Below are positions 38,029-46,548 of a DNA stretch of 64,000 nucleotides, piece by piece; the first letter of the stretch is position 1, and each line of letters begins with the position of its first letter. Source of the DNA: a candidate division WWE3 bacterium RIFCSPHIGHO2_01_FULL_40_23 (lineage in GTDB: Bacteria > Patescibacteriota > WWE3 > UBA101185 > 2-01-FULL-41-18); NCBI GenBank assembly GCA_001772615.1, contig MEUZ01000004.1, forward strand, positions 8,455 to 72,454, in the 5' to 3' direction. The notes under the pieces are model-generated. The model was not told where the DNA came from, ran no database searches, and saw only the letters and a list, made by a program, of their open reading frames with translations. The translations under genes and the position numbers were made by a program.

Positions 38029-40038
38029 ATGAGAATACCTTTTGGGTGGCTAAAACAATACGTAGACGTTTACTTGACGCCAAAGGATGTGGCAAATTCC
38101 TTGACTCTAATAGGCCATGCTCTTGATAAACCCATTTTTTCCCAAGAAGGAGACTTTGTCATGGACTTTGAGGATCGCGGAAATAGAGCCGATGTTTCTG
38201 GTGTCATAGGCATTGCTAGAGATTTAGCCGCTGTTACAGAAGAGAAACTTAAACTTCCGAAACTTTCAGAAATTCCCGAAACCAACAATAAACTGTTCCA
38301 GCCTGCAATAAAAGTAGAATCCGATAAAGTTTTAAGATGGAGAGCCGTCGTTTTTAAAGGCATCAAAGTGGAACCCTCTCCGGACTGGATGCAAAAAAGA
38401 CTTAAATCTTATGGAATTGAAGTCATAAATAACATAGTGGATATAACTAACTATGTAATGATAGAGTTTGGGATGCCTCTGCACGCGTTTGATCTTGATA
38501 AAGTTAATGAAATAATCTTAAGAAGCGCAAAAAGAGGGGAAACGATGGTTACCTTTGAAGGAACCAAACTTAGTCTTGATGAAAATGATCTAATAGCCGC
38601 TGACAAAACTAAACCACTCACTTTGACTACAGCTGTCGGAGGAGCAGAAAGCGGGATCTCTATCTCAACTAAAAATGTTCTGATTGAAGCAGGACTTTAT
38701 CATCAAGCAACTGCAAGGCGATCCGCAATCAAACATAACGTCAGAAATGAAACTTCAAATAGACTCGGAAAGTATTTACACCCTCATTATTGTGAAATAG
38801 CAATAGCCCGTGCCATACAACTTATGAAAGAAGTAACCGGAACTGATTGTGAAGAAGTAAGCTTTGATTATTACCCGAAAAAAGAAGACTCTTTAATTTT
38901 AAAACTTACAAAAGAGAGATTAAATTTGATTTCAGGAGAAGACATTCCGCTTAAGACTGCAGGGAAACATCTTGAAGATCTTGGTTTTCTGATTAACGGC
39001 ATGGATGATAAAAACCTTATTGTAAGCGTTCCGTACTTTAGAACGGATGTGGTAAGTGAAGACGATCTAATTGAAGAAGTTTTAAGAATAAAAGGTTATG
39101 ACACAATTCCTTCATATCTTCCTCAAAAACCTGCTCCGACAAAATTGCATTTTCCCGAAATGGAACTAGAAGATGAGATAAGAGATATTCTTTCAAAACT
39201 TGAATTTAATGAAATTGCGAGTGAACAAATAATTGATATAGAGGAGTTAAGAAAAATAGGTTTTCTTTTGGAAGAATCAACTTTAAGGGGAGAGCATTTA
39301 GTAAAACTTGAAAACTCCTGGAATAAAGAACTTAATATACTAAGGCCAACACTCCTTCTTAATTTCATAAAATATCTTAGCTCTTATCTTAAACAAGGGG
39401 TGGGGGATATAAAACTTTTTGAATGCGGAAAAGTATATAAAGTAAACCCCAACAAAAAAGGGTATGAAAAATATCTGGAAGTCAGAAAAGTAGGCATCAT
39501 GGTAAATTCGGATTTTCTTACACTAAAATCACGCTTAGAAACTTTCCTTTTAGAATTAGGAATTAAAAATATTTCCTATGAAAAAGAAGAAAACTTCCTT
39601 TCAAAATCTCAAAAATCGGCTGTATTAATCTATGACGAGCAAACTCTAGGCAGAGTAGGGGAGTTAAAACAAAAAGTGGTGGGTGAATTTGGAATTAACG
39701 AAGTTATTTCATATTGTGAACTTGACTTAAGAACGATTCTTGAGTTCACAACGGATAACTTTTCCGGCGAAGTGAAAACATCTTTAGAAAATCTTGTGTC
39801 CGAAGACTTTACTTTTACAGTTGATGAACACTTTGAAGTTGGAAAGTTAGTCAATGAATTGCAGCAAGTTCTAGATATAACGACGTCAATTATTTTTGTG
39901 GGAGTTTACAAAGATGAGAAACTAAAAAAAGATAAGAAAAAATCCGTAACCTTTAATTTTAAATTTCAAATTGACAAATCAAATTGGGAATCAAAAAAGG
40001 TGAAACGGCTCTGGGATTCATATTCTCACAGCGCATAA
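38029..40038 (+). CDS. pheT: Phenylalanyl-tRNA synthetase beta subunit (B2 tRNA-binding domain absent)
   Basis: MRIPFGWL, NRADVSGVIGIARD, INNIVDITNYVM, DLIEEVLRIKGYD. Confidence 0.93.
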   Translation: MRIPFGWLKQYVDVYLTPKDVANSLTLIGHALDKPIFSQEGDFVMDFEDRGNRADVSGVIGIARDLAAVTEEKLKLPKLSEIPETNNKLFQPAIKVESDKVLRWRAVVFKGIKVEPSPDWMQKRLKSYGIEVINNIVDITNYVMIEFGMPLHAFDLDKVNEIILRSAKRGETMVTFEGTKLSLDENDLIAADKTKPLTLTTAVGGAESGISISTKNVLIEAGLYHQATARRSAIKHNVRNETSNRLGKYLHPHYCEIAIARAIQLMKEVTGTDCEEVSFDYYPKKEDSLILKLTKERLNLISGEDIPLKTAGKHLEDLGFLINGMDDKNLIVSVPYFRTDVVSEDDLIEEVLRIKGYDTIPSYLPQKPAPTKLHFPEMELEDEIRDILSKLEFNEIASEQIIDIEELRKIGFLLEESTLRGEHLVKLENSWNKELNILRPTLLLNFIKYLSSYLKQGVGDIKLFECGKVYKVNPNKKGYEKYLEVRKVGIMVNSDFLTLKSRLETFLLELGIKNISYEKEENFLSKSQKSAVLIYDEQTLGRVGELKQKVVGEFGINEVISYCELDLRTILEFTTDNFSGEVKTSLENLVSEDFTFTVDEHFEVGKLVNELQQVLDITTSIIFVGVYKDEKLKKDKKKSVTFNFKFQIDKSNWESKKVKRLWDSYSHSA

Positions 40039-40147
40039 CTTATAAAGACCTTAAATTAGTTAGCCTAAAGTTAGTTGAGATTTCGGTAAATTTCTGGTAC
40101 TCTAGCTTTACTTATCGGAGCCGGGACTAATACTGAAAGGAGATACA

Positions 40148-40942
40148 ATGGTCACAAAAGCAATTAGTTACACATTAACGTTGAGGTGGGCAACTCCGCT
40201 TCTTAAAAGTGTGTGTTGGGACGCTGTTGCGTCTCTTATATACATTTTGATTGAGCCGAGATTTCAAAATGTTCCATGGTGGATAAGGGCTGCCCTTTGG
40301 GTTCCAACAGGATTCTGGTTTGTTGAAGCCCTTAGGAAAGGCCTTGCAGTGAGTGTGGGGTACGCACTTTTCGGTGTTGGAGTAACCTTCACAAACGGAA
40401 TTGCAGGATTATTCCTCGGGCAGTATCCAAACGACCTATGGAAACTCACTATCGCAGTTCTGTGCGGATTATCGGCTATTGCTATCGGTGCAAAGGCGCG
40501 AACGGAGGAGGATCAAGTCCCAAATGGCTGGGAGTGGGCCGTTTCATATGCACCTGTGGCTGTCATCATTGGTGCTATAGAAGGGGGATATGGGTTCACA
40601 AAGCTTGCCCTTCTCGGTTTTCCGCTCGCAGATAGCGGAGGGAGTTCACTATCCCTATTACTTGAGGGGATTGGACTACACCTTACTAAACAAAGGTACA
40701 AAAAGGTTGTGGAGATCATAGCGTGGAGCTTAGCTTTCGCTCCTGCTTCATACCTTTTCTCCGTTATTCTTCAGGAGCAACAAATCCTTCTAAACACAGC
40801 AGTCATTGGAGGGATTCTTAGCGCAATTTTTGCTCCGTTCTTCGAAAGAATGGTTTACAAAAGCAGACCCAATCTTGTGTACTCTCTTCTCACAGTCACT
40901 CTTGGGGTAGTATCCATCTACCTTTTGACATCTTCCTACTGA
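40148..40942 (+). CDS. Polytopic membrane ORFan, possibly DMT/EamA-like
   Basis: About eight hydrophobic helices in two halves; SD GAAAGGAG; terminator. Confidence 0.6.
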   Translation: MVTKAISYTLTLRWATPLLKSVCWDAVASLIYILIEPRFQNVPWWIRAALWVPTGFWFVEALRKGLAVSVGYALFGVGVTFTNGIAGLFLGQYPNDLWKLTIAVLCGLSAIAIGAKARTEEDQVPNGWEWAVSYAPVAVIIGAIEGGYGFTKLALLGFPLADSGGSSLSLLLEGIGLHLTKQRYKKVVEIIAWSLAFAPASYLFSVILQEQQILLNTAVIGGILSAIFAPFFERMVYKSRPNLVYSLLTVTLGVVSIYLLTSSY

Positions 40943-40947
40943 TCGAC

Positions 40948-40980
40948 AGGCGCCTTGCAAAACACAAGGCGCTTCTTTCT
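40948..40980 (+). terminator. Intrinsic terminator
   Basis: AGGCGCCTTG...CAAGGCGCTT followed by CTTTCT. Confidence 0.7.
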
Positions 40981-41016
40981 TGACACAAACGAATAACAAG
41001 TCTTTATAATAGTGGA

Positions 41017-41112
41017 ATGAGGCCATACGCGGGATACTTTTACGCGGCCGTCGGGCTGATAGCATTTATAGTTTTTCTCCTGTACGCCAAGGGAATAATT
41101 AAAGTTTATTAG
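41017..41112 (+). CDS. Unannotated 31-aa single-TM peptide (MRPYAGYFYAAVGLIAFIVFLLYAKGIIKVY)
   Basis: Translated by hand. TTGACA (40980) and TATAAT (41005-41010) lie upstream, ATG 6 nt after the -10. Confidence 0.55.
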   Translation: MRPYAGYFYAAVGLIAFIVFLLYAKGIIKVY

Positions 41113-41127
41113 AGGGATTTTCTAAAA

Positions 41128-43476
41128 TCAGTCTTCATCAGGATATTTCGATTTTTTGGTAGGTGGGAAGTACTCATCCTCATCATCATATTTTTCCTTA
41201 ACCCATATATCAACATATTCTTGCCATTCGGGAAGTTCCGCCTGGATTTTTATATAATTTTTAGTCTTTGTCTTGTCATCTTCACGACAGGCATCATTTG
41301 CAATCCTGCCATCTTCCTTGCAAATTTCAAGCTTTAAATACCAAGGGCTTCTTGTTGTCGGCTGACTGCCTTCAACAAACTTTTCAACCCTTGTTTTATA
41401 ATCACTATAAGGAAGCATTCCTGTAAGCTTGTCTATCTCTACTTCAACTATGTTACTTGGTTTTTTAAACCATTCATCAGGTTTATCTTTTAAATATTCC
41501 TTCATAAATCTGTTCCAGATCGGAGAAGCTCCTGTAATACCCGAAGCAAGACTTGGATGCATAGGTGAGTTATTGTTATTCCCAACCCACACTCCAACCG
41601 CTATTACAGGAGTGTACCCGTAAGTGTGGTTGTCCCTTTTATCATCAGTGGTTCCTGTTTTTACGGCAACATGATGCGCCGGAATATTTAATAAGCTTCC
41701 TGGGCCAAAAACCTCGGATCTCGCTCCATCATCAGCTAAAATATCAGAAATTAAATATGAAACCTCTTCATCTAAAACTTTTTTCCCACCCGTATCTCTC
41801 CATTTTTCAAAAACATTTCCTTGAGAATCCTTGACTTCTAAAATGGCAACGGGATCTCTATAAATTCCTCCTCTTGCAAAAGTAGCAAACACATTTGTCA
41901 GTTCTAACACTTTTGTCTCCCCACCTCCAAGAGTTAGTGACAAACCATAACGGCTGTAATCTCTTAATGTAGTTATTCCAAGATTATGAGCAAACTCAAG
42001 CATTGCTGGGAGGGTCACTATTTTTAATGCCTTAACCGCGGGGATATTTATTGAATTTCCTAAAGCATTCCTTAAAGATGTGGGACCCCTGAATTTTCCG
42101 TCATAGTTAACGGGTTTGTAATCAGGATACCCTTCCCCTAGTGGAAACGTTGTTGGTACATCAAGAAACGGAAACGCAACAGTATAACCTTTAGAAAGCA
42201 AAGCGGCATAGGTGATTGGTTTAATTGAAGAACCCGGCTGTCTTTCTGATAAAGCAGTATTTACGCTTGGTTCAAAAACACAGCTTCCCTCCCCCGTTGT
42301 GCCGGGGTTACAACCTTCAGGTTCGGGATCCGAAAAGAAATCTTTTGACCCAACCATAGCAAGGATGTAACCGGTTTTTGGATCTATGGCTACAAGAGAC
42401 CCATTTCCGACCCGCAAACCTTTGGCCTTTTCAAGTTCTTCCGCGACAATCCTTTCAGCAGTTTCCTGGAGCTCCAAATCAAGGGAGGTGGTAACCTGCA
42501 AACCGCCGGTTTCTACAAAATCCTGACCGTATTTTTCAGCAAGCAACGATCTCACATAAAAGACGAAGTGAGGCGCATGGATAGATCTTGTAATACTTGA
42601 GAAAGTAAGCTCTTCTGCCAAAGCCTTGTTATATTCTTCTTCCGTTATTGTGTATCTTTTGCGATCACTACCAACCCAGCCTTTCTCTCTCATAAGCTTT
42701 AAAACGGTTCTCTGCCTGTTTACCCCCGCTTTGGGATCGGAACTGTAAGGGGAGTAATAAGTAGGTCTTTGAGGAAGACCAGCAAGATATGCCGCTTCTG
42801 CTAAAGTCAGCTCCGATGGCTTCTTGCTAAAATATGAGGCTGAAGCGGTGTAGACACCGTAATTTTGACCGCCATAGGGACTTTCATTTAAATAAAGCTG
42901 GAGTATTTCTTCTTTAGTATATTTATTCTCTATTTCCAAAGATAAAATAAACTCCTTAACTTTTCTCCATAAAGTTCTCTCCTGTGATAAAAGCGTGTTT
43001 TTAACAACCTGCTGTGTAATTGTAGATCCCCCCTGCAGACCTTGCCCCCTCAACCTGTTAAAAACGGCTCTTACAATACCAACAAGGTAAAAACCCTTGT
43101 GTTCATAAAAGGTGGAATCCTCCGTGGCCAGTGTTGCATTAATTAGGTTGGGAGAAACTTCGGAAAACTTAGCTAAAGTTCTGTTTTTTTCGCCGTAAAC
43201 CTCAAAGAGAGTTTTGCCGTTTTTATCCGTAATCCTTGTTGATAGTTCTGTGTTTCTTTGCCTTAAACGGTTAGGGTTTGGAAGAAAAGGAGATATAACC
43301 GCAAATAGGATGAACATCCCTACAATCCCTATTATTAACAAAAAAAAGGATGATGTTGCAATGAAAGTTGAATAAACAAGGATTTTCCTTTTTCTCGCCC
43401 TATTCAAATAGAGCCTTTTAATAAGACGTTCCCTAAATGATCTTTTTTCCATAATACTGTAAGGAAAATTATACAT
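41128..43476 (-). CDS. Class A penicillin-binding protein (transglycosylase-transpeptidase)
   Basis: TEDSTFYEHKG, GGSTITQQVVK, QPGSSIKP, SIN, KTGT; true start may be 43452. Confidence 0.95.
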   Translation of the reverse strand: MYNFPYSIMEKRSFRERLIKRLYLNRARKRKILVYSTFIATSSFFLLIIGIVGMFILFAVISPFLPNPNRLRQRNTELSTRITDKNGKTLFEVYGEKNRTLAKFSEVSPNLINATLATEDSTFYEHKGFYLVGIVRAVFNRLRGQGLQGGSTITQQVVKNTLLSQERTLWRKVKEFILSLEIENKYTKEEILQLYLNESPYGGQNYGVYTASASYFSKKPSELTLAEAAYLAGLPQRPTYYSPYSSDPKAGVNRQRTVLKLMREKGWVGSDRKRYTITEEEYNKALAEELTFSSITRSIHAPHFVFYVRSLLAEKYGQDFVETGGLQVTTSLDLELQETAERIVAEELEKAKGLRVGNGSLVAIDPKTGYILAMVGSKDFFSDPEPEGCNPGTTGEGSCVFEPSVNTALSERQPGSSIKPITYAALLSKGYTVAFPFLDVPTTFPLGEGYPDYKPVNYDGKFRGPTSLRNALGNSINIPAVKALKIVTLPAMLEFAHNLGITTLRDYSRYGLSLTLGGGETKVLELTNVFATFARGGIYRDPVAILEVKDSQGNVFEKWRDTGGKKVLDEEVSYLISDILADDGARSEVFGPGSLLNIPAHHVAVKTGTTDDKRDNHTYGYTPVIAVGVWVGNNNNSPMHPSLASGITGASPIWNRFMKEYLKDKPDEWFKKPSNIVEVEIDKLTGMLPYSDYKTRVEKFVEGSQPTTRSPWYLKLEICKEDGRIANDACREDDKTKTKNYIKIQAELPEWQEYVDIWVKEKYDDEDEYFPPTKKSKYPDED

Positions 43477-43577
43477 CAGACATTGGTCTTTTCCAAAGCA
43501 TCGGATCCTCTTCTTGCCACCATTGTCATTTCCGCCCTATAACAGAATACCTGAAACAAAGGTGTTATAATTTTTTT

Positions 43578-44801
43578 GTGAAAATAAACACAGACCCAAA
43601 AAAAGTGGATGAAGTACTTTCAAGAGGTGTTGAGGATGTTATCGTTAAGGAACACCTAAGAAAAGAAATGCTTTCGGGAAAAGAGCTTAAGATTTACCTT
43701 GGAACCGATCCCACGGGGGGAGAGCTCCACCTGGGGCATGCGGTTATTCACAAAAAGCTAAGAGACTTCCAGGAGCTTGGGCACAAGGTGACGCTTCTTG
43801 TCGGCGATTTTACCGTGCTTGTAGGCGATCACTCGGATAAGGACGATCAACGAATAGAACTTGTAAAATCCCAGATAGAAGAAAATATGAAAGAATATAA
43901 AGAGCAGTTTGGAAAAACCGTTGACCTTTCTAAAGTTAACCTTGTATATAACTCCTCATGGTTAAAAAAACTTGACTTTAATGATGTAATTGATCTTGCT
44001 AAAATTTTTACTCTTTCCCAGATGGTTGAAAGAGATGCTATCCAAAAAAGACTAAAAGAAGAAAAGCCAGTAGGTTTTGATGAGCTTTTATACCCTCTTA
44101 TGCAGGGTTTTGACGCGCTTGAGCTAAAAACCGATATTCAGATAGGCGGCTCCGACCAGCTCTTTAACATGCAGGCGGGAAGAAAGATAATGGAGCATTA
44201 CGGAGTAAAACCCCAGGATATCATTACGGTAAAGCTCCTCATAGGAAATGACGGCAGGAAAATGGGTAAGAGCCTAAAAAATTATATTCCAATAAGAAGC
44301 AGCGCATTTGATATGTACTCTGGCTTAATGACCATCGTTGACGAAGCCATAATTGAGTATTTCACTCTTCTTACACGAGTGCTTCAGGAAGAAATTTCGG
44401 AGATGGTTAAAGCCATGGGGGAGGGGAGTGTTAATCCAAAAGACTTAAAGTCAAAACTTGCTTTTGAAGTAACCAAATCCTTTAACGGTGAGAAGGAAGC
44501 TAGGGAAGCTGAAGAGAAATTTAAAAAAGTCGTATCAAAAGGAGAAGTTCCCGAAGATATCACTGAAATAGAATTGGGAGATGTAGGAAAACCTGATTCC
44601 AAAGGAAAAATTCACTTAACGACCCTTGAAATTCTTGTCGCTTCTAAACTAAATCAAAGCAGATCAGAAGCAAGAAGAATGATTCAACAGGGAGGTTTTG
44701 AGATTAACGGCGAAAAAATCACAGATCCAAATCAAATTGTTGAGTTAAAAAAGGATGATGTTATAAGAAGCGGGAAAAGAGGCTTTGTAAAGATAATTTA
44801 G
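43578..44801 (+). CDS. tyrS: Tyrosyl-tRNA synthetase
   Basis: HLGH, YPLMQGFD, GGSDQLFN, KMGKS, C-terminal S4 domain. Confidence 0.97.
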   Translation: MKINTDPKKVDEVLSRGVEDVIVKEHLRKEMLSGKELKIYLGTDPTGGELHLGHAVIHKKLRDFQELGHKVTLLVGDFTVLVGDHSDKDDQRIELVKSQIEENMKEYKEQFGKTVDLSKVNLVYNSSWLKKLDFNDVIDLAKIFTLSQMVERDAIQKRLKEEKPVGFDELLYPLMQGFDALELKTDIQIGGSDQLFNMQAGRKIMEHYGVKPQDIITVKLLIGNDGRKMGKSLKNYIPIRSSAFDMYSGLMTIVDEAIIEYFTLLTRVLQEEISEMVKAMGEGSVNPKDLKSKLAFEVTKSFNGEKEAREAEEKFKKVVSKGEVPEDITEIELGDVGKPDSKGKIHLTTLEILVASKLNQSRSEARRMIQQGGFEINGEKITDPNQIVELKKDDVIRSGKRGFVKII

Positions 44802-44893
44802 GTTCATTTGATTTTCTCCTAAAACTATATACACTATAGGTTCAATCGAGTTCTGGCAAAAGAAACGCACATTGAAACCTAAATGGAGGAAAA

Positions 44894-46303
44894 ATGAAAG
44901 CTTCTTACTTGCCAAGGTGGCTTCTGATACTTGTTATCTTAAGCCTAACCGTCACCCTTCCTCGGAAAGCTTCCAAACTGGAAGCCGGAGGAGGTGGGTA
45001 CACAGTATGCACCACAAGATACTCAAAAGGAGGGGTAGAATCAAACATAACCGTATACGAAAGTCCACCATCGGATGGCCTTTATGTAAGGCTTAATACA
45101 ACCGCCCAGCTAGGGTCGGTCGTAACAGAGGGTGTGAGGGTAAACGGAGAAACCATCACCGGTACCCTCCCTGTTTCCGCTACTGTGTATGCCTGGTTTA
45201 GTGTAACTACTCCGGTCGTTACAACCTACACTGTCACGGGAGAGGTTCACACGGCGGTAGTTTCCAGCTGGACGTATACTGGGACGAAGCAGTACACCGC
45301 GTGGACGCTCTATTATCCGTTAGGCACACTTGACCAGGATGTCGTTGTATACCTTAACGGTGATGAGATCCCTTGCACTCCAACTGCTAAAGTAACTGAG
45401 TGCTGGCCCGCATCGAACTTTGTAATAAGCGCTATCTTGTATCACGGGACTCAATTTAGCGCATACGTGGCTACCACGGTTGGTCCCCAAAACCAGCTTG
45501 TGGAGATTACCGTCCTGAAGGGATACCTTGAGGACAAGCCATATGACGTGAGGGTAACAGGAAGCTATCCTCCGGGCGGGAGCGCGTTTGAGAGACCAAA
45601 GAGCGAAACGCTTTGGGACGTCGGAGTAAGTTGGGTTGGGAAATACACATCATGGTACTACGTAGAATACTCCGGTACATTTTCCAGTACCATAGCCAAA
45701 CCAACACTATACGCGGCCTACAAAGTGGGTGAGAACCAACCTTTTGTTTACACTCCGTGTGTACTGGACGGGCACAATGATGAGCGTCCACCCGCGGAAG
45801 TGACGCCAACTCCAATGGCTACCCAAACAAGCACACCAACGGTTGCTTGGACTCCTACCCCCGCGGCAACACCAACCCCTACCCATACTCCAATTCCCGT
45901 TATAAGAATATGTCCGGTTGACGGGATTGAGCTACTGCCGGAAGTATCATGGACAAAGTCCGAGCCAAACGCGGGAGTTTTTGTGGAAGGGGAACCATTT
46001 ACACTTAACCGTGATACCACAATCAAGGTTTGGGCGGCAGTTGATGACCAGGCCGTAATTCAAAGGTCAGCCCTAGGCGGTTTTGCCGATTACTGGACCG
46101 ATCCCTTTAGTCCGATGCCCGGGCAAAACCTTAACTGGCCGTCAGGATGGGAGCATGAGTTAAAGGTCACACTGCCAAACGGCACCTATCGCTTTGTTGG
46201 GAGAGATACACATGAAGGCGAGGGAAACCGGTTCGGAAGTTTGCAGATCATAGGGGCTTGTGGCCTTCCCTATGATTTGTTCTTCCCTCTTGTACTCAAA
46301 TAA
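44894..46303 (+). CDS. Secreted Thr-rich beta protein with PT linker and C-terminal LFFPLVLK motif
   Basis: Signal peptide; SD GGAGG; PTPT linker; terminator; GC-richer than neighbours. Confidence 0.8.
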   Translation: MKASYLPRWLLILVILSLTVTLPRKASKLEAGGGGYTVCTTRYSKGGVESNITVYESPPSDGLYVRLNTTAQLGSVVTEGVRVNGETITGTLPVSATVYAWFSVTTPVVTTYTVTGEVHTAVVSSWTYTGTKQYTAWTLYYPLGTLDQDVVVYLNGDEIPCTPTAKVTECWPASNFVISAILYHGTQFSAYVATTVGPQNQLVEITVLKGYLEDKPYDVRVTGSYPPGGSAFERPKSETLWDVGVSWVGKYTSWYYVEYSGTFSSTIAKPTLYAAYKVGENQPFVYTPCVLDGHNDERPPAEVTPTPMATQTSTPTVAWTPTPAATPTPTHTPIPVIRICPVDGIELLPEVSWTKSEPNAGVFVEGEPFTLNRDTTIKVWAAVDDQAVIQRSALGGFADYWTDPFSPMPGQNLNWPSGWEHELKVTLPNGTYRFVGRDTHEGEGNRFGSLQIIGACGLPYDLFFPLVLK

Positions 46304-46310
46304 CCACACG

Positions 46311-46344
46311 AGCGGTCTCTAAAACTTTCGGAGACCGCTTTTTT
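46311..46344 (+). terminator. Intrinsic terminator
   Basis: AGCGGTCTC...GAGACCGCT followed by T run. Confidence 0.85.
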
Positions 46345-46400
46345 ATTTATTAAACAAAAAGTTGTCTTTTTTTCTACCTAGGAATAATATATCTTCTTGA

Positions 46401-46511
46401 ATGAAAATACTTAAAATATTAAGGAAAAGAAGGTACATCTGGACGATAGTAACAATTGTTGCATCCCTCGCTCTTTTATTATCGTCAGTTGCCCCCGCGC
46501 TATTTCAGTAA
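46401..46511 (+). CDS. Unannotated 36-aa membrane peptide (MKILKILRKRRYIWTIVTIVASLALLLSSVAPALFQ)
   Basis: Translated by hand; basic N-terminus then one TM helix; directly upstream of recG. Confidence 0.6.
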   Translation: MKILKILRKRRYIWTIVTIVASLALLLSSVAPALFQ

Positions 46512-46548
46512 ATGGGAAGTTTTCACCATCTTGTTATAAAATTACCCC

